From positions 1 to 56,644 of the forward strand of contig JBAZGW010000002.1 in NCBI GenBank assembly GCA_041652635.1: a stretch of 56,644 bases of DNA. The letters are read 5' to 3'. A program made the translations under genes and the position numbers. Below the pieces are notes generated by a model. It searched no databases. It saw only the letters and a list, made by a program, of their open reading frames with translations, and was not told the DNA's origin. Below, one piece after another: positions 19,866 to 27,939 of this stretch; within the stretch, counting starts at the first letter, position 1, and every line of letters starts with the position of its first letter. The DNA comes from Candidatus Omnitrophota bacterium (GTDB taxonomy: Bacteria; Omnitrophota; Gorgyraeia; Gygaellales; Profunditerraquicolaceae).

Positions 19866-20120
19866 ATGCGTAAAGATCTGCTTGTGGTGTTGATAGGCAG
19901 CCGGGTCAGGAAGGCTCTGCCGGTGCAGGAGATATTGACCAGGTACGGCTGTATCGTGAAAACCAGGCTGGGGATACACGACGCGGGTAAGAACGGGTGT
20001 GCCGATACAGGGCTCATTATTCTGGAATTGATCCCCCAGGGACCGCGGATAAAGAAACTAAAAAAAGAGCTGGATGCGCTCCCGGGAGTAAAAGCTCAAT
20101 TGGTAACTATTTCTGTCTGA
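19866..20120 (+). CDS. Small ACT/NikR-C-like domain protein (resembles the TM1266 'iron-only hydrogenase system regulator' family)
   Basis: 'LLVVLIGSRV...VQEILTRYGCIVKTRLGIH...GLIILELI...LKKELDALPGVKAQLV' has the beta-alpha-beta-beta-alpha-beta layout of that family, judged from memory. The ATG at 19866 follows AAGGAGGAGG. Alternative starts are 19842 and 19851. Confidence 0.45.
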   Translation: MRKDLLVVLIGSRVRKALPVQEILTRYGCIVKTRLGIHDAGKNGCADTGLIILELIPQGPRIKKLKKELDALPGVKAQLVTISV

Positions 20121-20139
20121 AAAACAACCGGTATTATCC

Positions 20140-20168
20140 TTGACAGGAACGGGATGTTTTTATAAAAT
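20140..20168 (+). promoter_or_regulatory. sigma70-type promoter of the PKS operon
   Basis: TTGACA (20140-45), a 17-nt spacer, then TAAAAT (20163-68), in the 148-bp gap before the first operon gene. Confidence 0.55.
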
Positions 20169-20268
20169 ATTAATAACGGCCCGATAATATACCGCGCCTG
20201 TAGGACGGTAGAACACGGGCCGATATTCCCTTCTGCCGCAGCGCTTATACGTTTTACGCAGTCTGCGA

Positions 20269-20577
20269 ATGAGGGTTTTTTCTTATAAGCTTATGATCTG
20301 GGATATCTCCACTGAAATTAAATTCAAATCTGTAATTGCCAGGCTGCCTGTTTTTCACAGACGGATAGCCGAAGAATCCGTGATAAAAAAAGCGCAGAGC
20401 AACGCTTTAGAGCGCAAGTCGGCGCGGGTCGAAGAAGCGGACGTAATAAGCGCGTTTTTCAGCGAGGTCCCGCTGGCATTCTACAGTATGATGATCCGTG
20501 CTTTGGAGCAGAGCGGATTTGATTACAATAAATACGGGTTCCCTTTGAAGAATGCCGGGCAACGGGTAAATAAATGA
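20269..20577 (+). CDS. PCP_red-like small protein (protochlorophyllide reductase subunit-B C-terminal-like domain)
   Basis: 'WDISTEIKFKSVIARLPVFHRRIAEESVIKKAQSNALERKSARVEEADV' matches the W-x-EA-x-L-x-IP-x-FVR pattern of PF08369, from memory. Alternative start at 20293. Confidence 0.5.
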   Translation: MRVFSYKLMIWDISTEIKFKSVIARLPVFHRRIAEESVIKKAQSNALERKSARVEEADVISAFFSEVPLAFYSMMIRALEQSGFDYNKYGFPLKNAGQRVNK

Positions 20578-21578
20578 AGGTAGCGGTGATCGGGGCCGGC
20601 GCGATCGGTGGCCTATGCGCCGCCTATCTTAAGCTTGCCGGTAAAGACGTTACTCTTGTCGTCAGGCCTCCCGGCGTCGGGATTCTGGCGAAAAACGGTT
20701 TATCCGTCAGCGGGGTGCGCGGAGAGAGAAATGTCGGCGTCCCGGTTGTCGAGAGAGTGGATTTTCTTCCCGATATATGCATAGTCGCCGTAAAAACCCA
20801 GGATATAGAAGAAGCGGCCGCAGGTAATCCTGAAGCTTTACGGGCAGAAACTGTTATTACCACGCAGAACGGACTGCGGGCGGAGGAAATGCTTCTGCGT
20901 TATTCCGCTCCGGATAAGATAGTATCCGGCATCGTTATGTTCGGGGCGACTTCTTTCGAACTCGGCAGGGTCGTCCATAACTTTGAAGGCAGTTTTATCA
21001 TAGGCGGTTATTCCGGCGGCCGCGGGAGGAGTCTTGCCCGTGCGGAAGAATTGTTGTCGGGTGCGTTTCCGGTAAGTCCGGCGGACAATATAAAAGGGAT
21101 GAAATTATTAAAGGTGTTTCTTAACGCTAATAATTGTATCCCGGCCATACTGGGAACGACTATGCAGGAAGCGTTCAGCGACCTGCGCATCTGCGGGTTA
21201 AGCGCAGCCATTTGGAAAGAAGGCTGGCGGGTGGTTATGGATGCCGGACTGAAACCGGAATCACTGCCGGATTTTCCGGTTGAACGCGTTTCCGGACTGA
21301 CGGCAATGCCTTTAGAAAGGGCAGCCGGTGTTTTTCACGGCATAATGGCCGGATTGAGCAAAGAGCCGCTTTTCGGGTCAATATTGCAAAGTATAAAAAG
21401 AGGCCGGACTACAGAAATAGATTATTTAAACGGCGAATTCGTGCGCATTGCCGCCTCGCGGGGAAGCAACGCCGGTCTTAATGAGGTGCTGGTGCGTATG
21501 GTGCACGATGTGGAACGCAGCGGCAGATTCTTCGCTAAAGAGGAATTACTCCGTGAGACAGCTTGTTTTTTACAATAA
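20574..21578 (+). CDS. Ketopantoate reductase (ApbA/PanE) family NAD(P)-dependent oxidoreductase
   Basis: N-terminal Rossmann 'MKVAVIGAGAIGG'. 334 aa. PanE-like C-terminal helical domain ('TEIDYLNGEFV'). ATGA overlap with the upstream gene. Confidence 0.75.
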   Translation: MKVAVIGAGAIGGLCAAYLKLAGKDVTLVVRPPGVGILAKNGLSVSGVRGERNVGVPVVERVDFLPDICIVAVKTQDIEEAAAGNPEALRAETVITTQNGLRAEEMLLRYSAPDKIVSGIVMFGATSFELGRVVHNFEGSFIIGGYSGGRGRSLARAEELLSGAFPVSPADNIKGMKLLKVFLNANNCIPAILGTTMQEAFSDLRICGLSAAIWKEGWRVVMDAGLKPESLPDFPVERVSGLTAMPLERAAGVFHGIMAGLSKEPLFGSILQSIKRGRTTEIDYLNGEFVRIAASRGSNAGLNEVLVRMVHDVERSGRFFAKEELLRETACFLQ

Positions 21579-21583
21579 CACTT

Positions 21584-22189
21584 ATGATAAAAACCCCATT
21601 CCCTAAATTAAAACTGACAGTCTTGAACATATACGGAGAATGTTATCACGGCTATAAACCCGGCGATGAGATCATTCTTGAAGATTTTACTCATCCCCCC
21701 GCGTATTTCTGCCTGGGACTGGCGCATGTATTGTTCCCTATTATCTATGCCTTGAGTTTCGGCGCCAGGTTCCCTTTTAGGGATAACCAGCGTTCGTTGC
21801 AGGTAACCTGTCCGGACGGCGGAAAAATGGAGTTCAAGGTGGAAATACTGGATAAGTCCGGAGCCGCGGAAACTCTCCCCAAGGACAATAGTTATTCAGG
21901 GCCGCACCCTAAGAAAATGACGATAGAAGTGGTTAAATCCAAAGGTAAGTGCACGTATGGATATAAAGTGGGCGATAAATTCGAAACTACCGGCTTAAAA
22001 TGTATCCCCGGTTTCTGCGGCGCGGCCTTCCATACCGCGTTCCCGGCACTCTTCGCTCTGAACTTCGGGGCGAAGTTCTTCTTTATGAACGATCCCGACG
22101 GCATAGACACGGTGACTTGCCCGGACGGGGGAAACATCGTATTTAAAGTTTCCCGCGCGCAGGGGCAGAAAGAGAATACGGCGGAATGA
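21584..22189 (+). CDS. Tandem-duplicated TIGR04076-like Cys-rich protein
   Basis: Two homologous halves, each with 'G(E/K)C.(H/Y)GYK.GD...', 'P..FC..A.H..FP...AL.FGA(R/K)F.F' and 'V(T)CPDGG...FKV'. ATG at 21584 preferred over TTG at 21563. Confidence 0.65.
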   Translation: MIKTPFPKLKLTVLNIYGECYHGYKPGDEIILEDFTHPPAYFCLGLAHVLFPIIYALSFGARFPFRDNQRSLQVTCPDGGKMEFKVEILDKSGAAETLPKDNSYSGPHPKKMTIEVVKSKGKCTYGYKVGDKFETTGLKCIPGFCGAAFHTAFPALFALNFGAKFFFMNDPDGIDTVTCPDGGNIVFKVSRAQGQKENTAE

Positions 22190-23450
22190 AGAATATTCGC
22201 AGGGTAGTGATAACAGGCATAGGCGTGGTCTCCCCGAACGGCATAGGTAAAGATCCCGTCTGGGATGCCATGTCCGGAGGCAAGTCCGCGGTCAGGCTGG
22301 TGGATGAGTTCGACGTTTCCATCTTCAACACCAGGATCGCGGCGCAGGTAAGGATTTTGACCCGTTTAAACTGGGATTAAGCCATAGCGACGCCGTGCGC
22401 ATGGACAGATACGTGCAATTCGCGGTTGTCGCCGCCGATATGGCGGTCAAGGATAGTGGTTTGGATTTTTCCTCTCAGGATGTCGAGCGCTGCGGCGTGT
22501 GCCTGGCCAACGCTATTTGCGGCACAAAGTATATGGAGGAGGAATTCGTGCTTGTTACCGACAACGGCAGGAAGCCGATAGATCCTTCCCTTGTCCGTCC
22601 TGATCTTTACGATGCCGCTATGTTCAATACCCCCTCCATTGAATTATCCTATAAGTACGGGCTTAAAGGCGTATGTAACACCTTATCCACCGGGTGCACC
22701 GCGGGCACGGATTCTTTGGGGTTCGCTCTTGAGAGCATACAGGACGGCGAACACGATATTATGCTGGCGGGAGCGGCCGAGGCCCCGATCACACCCATAA
22801 CTTTCGGTTCTTTCGACGTAGTGAACGTGCTTTCTTCCAGGAACGACGCCCCGGAAAAGGCCAGCCGTCCTTTCGACGCAAAACGCGACGGCTTTGTCCT
22901 TTCCGAAGGGGCGGGTATACTGGTTCTGGAGGAAATGGAGCACGCCTTAAAGAGGAACGCGCGTATTTACGCGGAAGTGGCCGGTTTCGGGACCAGCTGC
23001 AACGCTTTTCATATGACAGATCTTCCGGCAGACGGGACCGCTATGGCCAATTGTATACAACTGGCGGTGAAAGACGCCGGGATCAAACCGCGTGATGTGG
23101 GCTATATCAACGCGCACGGTTCCTCCACCAGGATGAACGATATCTTCGAGACAAGCGCTTATAAAATGGTTTTCGGAGATTACGCGTATAAACTCCCGAT
23201 GAGCTCCTTGAAATCGATGATCGGGCATCCTTTGGCCGCCGCCAATGCCATAGAACTGGCGGTCTGCTCCATGATTTTCGAGAAGAATATTCTTCCTCCG
23301 ACGATCAACCAGGAGGAACGGGATCCGCTTTGCGATCTGGATTATATACCGAATCAGGCGCGGCAGAAGAAAGTCGACGTGATACTCAAGACCAGCAGCG
23401 GTTTTTCCGGCATACATTCGTCGCTGGTCCTACGCAGGTTCGAGGGATAG
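22186..23450 (+). CDS. Type II PKS ketosynthase alpha (KS-alpha), interrupted by a 1-nt frameshift near 22350
   Basis: The N-terminal 55 aa (22186..22350) and the body (frame of 22395..23450) join seamlessly as '...IAAQV|KDFDPFKLGLSHSDAVRMDRYVQF...' if one base is added or re-read at 22350. Catalytic Cys in 'LSTGCTAGTDS' (22695-97) and His in 'NAHGSST' and 'MIGHPL'. 'NAFHMTDLPADG' and 'DPLCDLDYIP' resemble act/tcm KS-alpha, from memory. Confidence 0.85.
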
Positions 23451-23451
23451 A

Positions 23452-24681
23452 ATGAAAAGCATCGCTGTTACAGGAATAGGCGTGGTTGCCCCTTCCGGCA
23501 TAGGCAGGAGGCAGTTCTGGGCGAATATCAAGTCCGGGAGGTCTTTCGTCAGAGAGATAACGCGTTTCGACGCTTCCAAGTATCCTTCCCGCATCGCGGG
23601 GCAGATAGATGATCTAGATAAATACAGCCATGTGTCGGAAAGGCTGTTGAAAAAAATAGACGCGTTTTCCCATATGGCCCTGGTTGCTTCCGAACTGGCC
23701 TTGCAGGAAGCAGGCATAGACATAAAAAAAGAGGATCCGGACCGGGTGGGGATCTTTCTGGGCAACGCCATCGGCGGCTGGCTGTATGCGGAAACCGAAT
23801 TGCGCGATCTCTATCTGGAAGGAAGAGAAGGCGTGTCCCCTTATATGGCGTCCGCGTGGTTCCCGGCCGCTCCCCAGGGACAAGTTTCCATTTATTACGG
23901 GATAAAAGGTTTCAGTAAAACGGTGGTGGCGGACAGGGCCGGTTCTTTGATGGCCATCGGTTACGCCCGTAAAACCCTTTCCAAAGAAAAACTTGATATT
24001 ATCCTCGCCGGCGGCATGGAAGCACCCGTTACGCCTTACGCGCTGCTTTGCTGTAATACTTACGGCGGTATCTGCACGGAGAATAAGGATCCGGCCGCGG
24101 CATACCGTCCGTTCGACAAGAGCAGGGCCGGATTTGTAGTCGGAGAGGGCGCCGCCATCATGGTTATGGAAGAACTTGAACGCGCCAGGCAAAGAGGCGC
24201 GAAAGTGATGGGGACGATAACCGGATACGGCACCAGCTGCGACGGAGTGGACAGGATAAATCCGGACAACTCCGGTTTACAGTTGAGCCGGGCCATAAAA
24301 ACAGCGCTTCAGGATGCCGGTATCTGTCCTGCGGATATAGATTATATAAGCTTAGACGGGATGGCGGACGACGCCTGGGATTACGGGGAAGCGGACGCCA
24401 TCAAGAGGGTTTTCGGCGCCAAGGCCGGGGATATCCCGGTGAGTTGCCCGAAGTCGATGTTCGGCAACCTGCTGGGCGCTTCCGGGGCTTTGGATGTGAT
24501 CATCGCCCTGCTTGCTATGGAGCACTCGTTGATCCCGCCCACATTGAATTTAAATGACCCTGATCCCGCATGGTTGAATTATGTTAAAGATAAAGCGTTG
24601 GAGAGAAGAGTGGATAAGGCCCTGGTCATTTCCCGCGGCAGGGGGGGGATCAATTCAGCGTTGGTCATAGAAAGAGCATAA
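23452..24681 (+). CDS. KS-beta / chain-length-factor-like ketosynthase paralogue (catalytically inactive)
   Basis: KS fold, but the active-site Cys position reads 'VVADRAGS' (Arg162). The His positions read 'SLDGMADD' and 'MFGNLLG'. 'AWFPAAPQGQVSIYYG' resembles the CLF 'AWF...GQISI' block. It starts 1 nt after the KS-alpha stop. Confidence 0.8.
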   Translation: MKSIAVTGIGVVAPSGIGRRQFWANIKSGRSFVREITRFDASKYPSRIAGQIDDLDKYSHVSERLLKKIDAFSHMALVASELALQEAGIDIKKEDPDRVGIFLGNAIGGWLYAETELRDLYLEGREGVSPYMASAWFPAAPQGQVSIYYGIKGFSKTVVADRAGSLMAIGYARKTLSKEKLDIILAGGMEAPVTPYALLCCNTYGGICTENKDPAAAYRPFDKSRAGFVVGEGAAIMVMEELERARQRGAKVMGTITGYGTSCDGVDRINPDNSGLQLSRAIKTALQDAGICPADIDYISLDGMADDAWDYGEADAIKRVFGAKAGDIPVSCPKSMFGNLLGASGALDVIIALLAMEHSLIPPTLNLNDPDPAWLNYVKDKALERRVDKALVISRGRGGINSALVIERA

Positions 24682-24709
24682 GCACATTCTTTAGATAAGG
24701 AGGCTTACC

Positions 24710-26170
24710 GTGAAGATAATGTTTGTAATGCCGAAAGTCGGGTCATGGGCTACACATGGAAAACATATCGGACCGAACCAGCTTTACGCGCATTGGGCGG
24801 CGTATGTAAGGGAAAAAGGATATTCCGACCTGGAAGTGCTCGATTGTAAGGCGTTGGACATAGAGACGGAAGAAATGCTGGCGAAGATCAAAAAGAGCAA
24901 TCCCGACCTGTTGGTGCTGGGTGATATGCTGCATTCTTACGGCGGGTATGGGATCATCGCCCATTTTAATCAGGCGGCGCGGCTGATCAAGGAAGCCCTT
25001 CCCAGGGTAAAGATCGTGTTCGGCGGCCTGTGGTATTCCGCCATGCCGGTGCCGACGCTTGAAGATAACCCCGCGGTTGATTTCGTGGTGATGGGAGAGG
25101 AAGAGTCTTTCTATGACCTGGTCGACGCTATCGCCAAAAACAAGGATATTAAAGGTGTGGCCGGTGTTACATCGCGCGCAGGCGGCGAGATAATCATGGG
25201 GCCGCACAAAAAGCTGCTTGAAGATCTGGACAGCCTGCCCTTGCCGGCCTACGACCTGTTCCCTATGGATAAATACGTTGGGCACACGTATTGGAAACCG
25301 TTCGTGGAAATGGTCACTTCCAGAGGATGCCCTTCAGCCTGCACATTCTGTTATGAATGGGATCAGTATGATCCCCGGTCGCCTTCCGATTTCCTGAAAT
25401 GGCGCGCCAAGTCCCCGGAACGCGTGATAGAAGAACTGGAGTTGTTACACAAGAAATACGGGGTTAAGGTCGTGGTGATCCAGGACGACAATTTTAACGT
25501 GAACCCGGAGCGTGTAAAGAAATTCTGCGAACTGAAACTTCAGAAAGAGATCCCGGTAAAATGGGTCTCTTTAGGCAGGGCGGTCGACTGGGTGAACTGC
25601 GAGGAAATATTGCCGTTGATGAAGAAGTCGGGGCTATTCACCGGGGTGTTCGGCATCGAAGTCACTACCCCCGATGAACTGAAGAAGATAGCCAAAGGTA
25701 TCACTATAGCCCAGATCAAGAAAACCATAGAAATACTGCGCCGTAACGAGATCGCCGTGGTCGCCGATATAATGATGGGATTCGACTACGACGACGAGAA
25801 AATAATCAAGCAGAGGTATGAATTCACCGATGAAGTGGATCCGGACATCCTCTGGATAGGTTATGTGACCCCCGCGCCGAATTCTCCGATGTGGCGGATC
25901 GCGCTTAAAAATAACTGGATAGATCCGCGGAAGATAAATTTCAGTCAGTGGGACTTCCTGCACCCAGTGATCCCGACGGATCATCTCAGCAAAGAGGATG
26001 TGGGCAGGCTGGGATCGTGGTGTATGCGTGAATTCTTCTCTAAACCGGGGAGGATCAACAGGATCATGGAAAGCGACTTCGATATCCTGGCCAAATTGTG
26101 TTTCCAGGACGTTATGGCAGGCGTGGGAAAATGGGAGGCCGGTGCCACAAAAGGCGAAGTGCATATTTGA
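24710..26170 (+). CDS. B12-binding domain radical SAM enzyme
   Basis: N-terminal cobalamin-binding-like domain, then 'SRGCPSACTFC' (CxxxCxxC). 486 aa. GTG start after AAGGAGG. Confidence 0.8.
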   Translation: MKIMFVMPKVGSWATHGKHIGPNQLYAHWAAYVREKGYSDLEVLDCKALDIETEEMLAKIKKSNPDLLVLGDMLHSYGGYGIIAHFNQAARLIKEALPRVKIVFGGLWYSAMPVPTLEDNPAVDFVVMGEEESFYDLVDAIAKNKDIKGVAGVTSRAGGEIIMGPHKKLLEDLDSLPLPAYDLFPMDKYVGHTYWKPFVEMVTSRGCPSACTFCYEWDQYDPRSPSDFLKWRAKSPERVIEELELLHKKYGVKVVVIQDDNFNVNPERVKKFCELKLQKEIPVKWVSLGRAVDWVNCEEILPLMKKSGLFTGVFGIEVTTPDELKKIAKGITIAQIKKTIEILRRNEIAVVADIMMGFDYDDEKIIKQRYEFTDEVDPDILWIGYVTPAPNSPMWRIALKNNWIDPRKINFSQWDFLHPVIPTDHLSKEDVGRLGSWCMREFFSKPGRINRIMESDFDILAKLCFQDVMAGVGKWEAGATKGEVHI

Positions 26171-26189
26171 AGGCAGGGAAGGAAGTGTT

Positions 26190-26423
26190 ATGGATACTAA
26201 AGACAGGATAAAGAAAGTGTTTGTTGATCTTTTGCGGCTCAAGCCCGGGGAATTGAAAGAGGGTGTGAAACTTTACGACAGCATAGGCGTGGACTCCACC
26301 GAAATGGTGGAGGCGGTGATCGCCCTGGAGAAGGAATTCCGGGTTAAACTCAGCCTCAAGGAGATAACGAAGTTCTCTACTTTGGAGGATATCGAGAAAG
26401 TAATATCCGCCAAGAGCGCATAA
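26190..26423 (+). CDS. Acyl carrier protein
   Basis: 77 aa. 'LYDSIGVDSTEMVEAVIALEKEF' carries the DS phosphopantetheine-attachment serine. ATG at 26190 follows GGAAGGAAG. Confidence 0.8.
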   Translation: MDTKDRIKKVFVDLLRLKPGELKEGVKLYDSIGVDSTEMVEAVIALEKEFRVKLSLKEITKFSTLEDIEKVISAKSA

Positions 26424-26425
26424 CG

Positions 26426-27229
26426 ATGAGAATCGTAGACCTTAGCATCCCGATCGATGACCGTGCCCCGGAAGCGCACCCTTTCTGGATAGAGAGACTT
26501 GGCCATAAAAAGGGAGTGGAGCATTTGAACTGGGTGATGATGAAGAAGAGCCTTAGCGGTAAACTGGCTTTTCTTTTAGGCCGCAGGATCATTAAGCCGG
26601 GAGCGCTTCCCGACGGTGAATTCCTCTCTTTGGAGACCGTGCATGCCCCGGTGCATACCGGCACTCACCTCGATTTCACCTTCCATTACGGCACTGCTTC
26701 TGAAGGAAAACCGTCGCGTTATTCGGACGAGATCCCCCTGGAATGGTGTTTCTCCGAGGGGATAGTGCTGGATTTTACCGGTAAGGAGCCGGGAGGGGCC
26801 ATCACGCGCGAAGATATGCGGACGGCACTGGATAAGGCCGGCTGCGGTCTTAAACCGGGCGTTATCGTACTCTTAAGGACCGGAGCCGATAAGTATTTCG
26901 GCTCTGTTGAATACCTTCATCGTTATCCGGGAGTCAGCCCGCAGGCTATTGAATTCCTGATTGAACAGGGAGTAAAAATCATAGGCATAGATACCCTGGG
27001 GTTTGACCGGCCGTATAAATATATGATGGCGGATTTTATCCGCACGGGTGACGCGGGAATGCTCTGGCCGGCGCATTTTTACGGACGGAAAAAAGAATAC
27101 GCGCATATAGAAAGACTTTCCAATCTGGATAAACTGCCGGCTTGCGGTTTCAAAGTCGCGTGCTTCCCGGTGAAGATCCGCAATACCGGAGCCGCGTGGG
27201 CAAGAGTGGTGGCGATACTTGAAGATTAG
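26426..27229 (+). CDS. Metal-dependent cyclase family protein (PF04199, kynurenine-formamidase/DpsY-like)
   Basis: 'VHTGTHLDFTFH' matches the HxGTHxDxPxH metal-binding motif. 267 aa. Confidence 0.75.
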   Translation: MRIVDLSIPIDDRAPEAHPFWIERLGHKKGVEHLNWVMMKKSLSGKLAFLLGRRIIKPGALPDGEFLSLETVHAPVHTGTHLDFTFHYGTASEGKPSRYSDEIPLEWCFSEGIVLDFTGKEPGGAITREDMRTALDKAGCGLKPGVIVLLRTGADKYFGSVEYLHRYPGVSPQAIEFLIEQGVKIIGIDTLGFDRPYKYMMADFIRTGDAGMLWPAHFYGRKKEYAHIERLSNLDKLPACGFKVACFPVKIRNTGAAWARVVAILED

Positions 27230-27498
27230 GAAAGGTACTGCTCCGCATGAAGCTGCGCAGGATGTTTCGCAGGATAAATTTGCCTGCCACGGATTAAATA
27301 TTCTCCTGTTGTAAGTACAAGTGGGATTTTTGTTCTTGTTATGATAATAGCGGGAAACTCATTGTCCCGATCGCAAACGCTGCGTAAATCTCTATAGGGA
27401 GATTTACTTGCAGCTCTCGGGATCAATTCGCGCAAATAACTTATGTTCGCGCCTTACGGGCGCTCCATAAGTTATGCGCTCATTGAGGAGGCTGTAAA

Positions 27499-27939
27499 AT
27501 GGGGCATACGGTTAATTCCATAATCATCGACGCGCCGTACGATAAAGTATTCGATATTTCCAACGACATCCCGCGCTGGACGGAATTATTCGGCGGGGAA
27601 TACAGCAAGGCGGAGATAGTAAACAGGGAAGGCGACAGGATCACCTTCAGGCTCACAGATGATGAAGGGAAAAGCTGGACTTCCTGGCGGTTATTGATGA
27701 AGGAACAGGGTTTTGCTTATGCGGAAAGGCAGGAACCGCAGTTCCCTTTCAAATATATGAAGATCATTTGGCTGTATACCAGCAAGCCTCAGGGGATCGA
27801 ATTAAGCTGGATACAGCATTTCGAAATGGATCCGGCGGCTAAATTCAACGATACCCAAGTCGAGGGGTTCATTAATACACATTCCAAAGAGAATCTGCAG
27901 ATATTCAAGAAAGTGATCGAAAAAGAATCAGGAAAGTGA
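27499..27939 (+). CDS. SRPBCC-fold polyketide aromatase/cyclase (TcmN/WhiE ARO/CYC-like)
   Basis: 146 aa. 'HTVNSIIIDAPYDKVFDISNDIPRWTELFGGEYSKAEIV...W.SWR...F.YM...W.Y.......ELSWIQHFEMDP' is collinear with my recollection of the TcmN N-terminal domain. Confidence 0.7.
   Translation: MGHTVNSIIIDAPYDKVFDISNDIPRWTELFGGEYSKAEIVNREGDRITFRLTDDEGKSWTSWRLLMKEQGFAYAERQEPQFPFKYMKIIWLYTSKPQGIELSWIQHFEMDPAAKFNDTQVEGFINTHSKENLQIFKKVIEKESGK

Noticed and set aside
22186-24681. Reading the KS pair as ordinary fatty-acid FabF/FabB genes next to accA-type metabolism
   Set aside because: The second KS lacks Cys, His and His. The pair is also embedded with an ARO/CYC-like SRPBCC protein, a PF04199 cyclase, a dedicated ACP and an exporter. 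No fabG, fabZ, fabI or fabD genes are adjacent.
27391-27401. 'tctatagggaga', which resembles the initiating end of a T7-class phage promoter
   Set aside because: Only the +1-proximal part matches, and the upstream specificity region (taatacgactca) is absent. The string is better explained as the loop and stem of the 27384..27407 hairpin.
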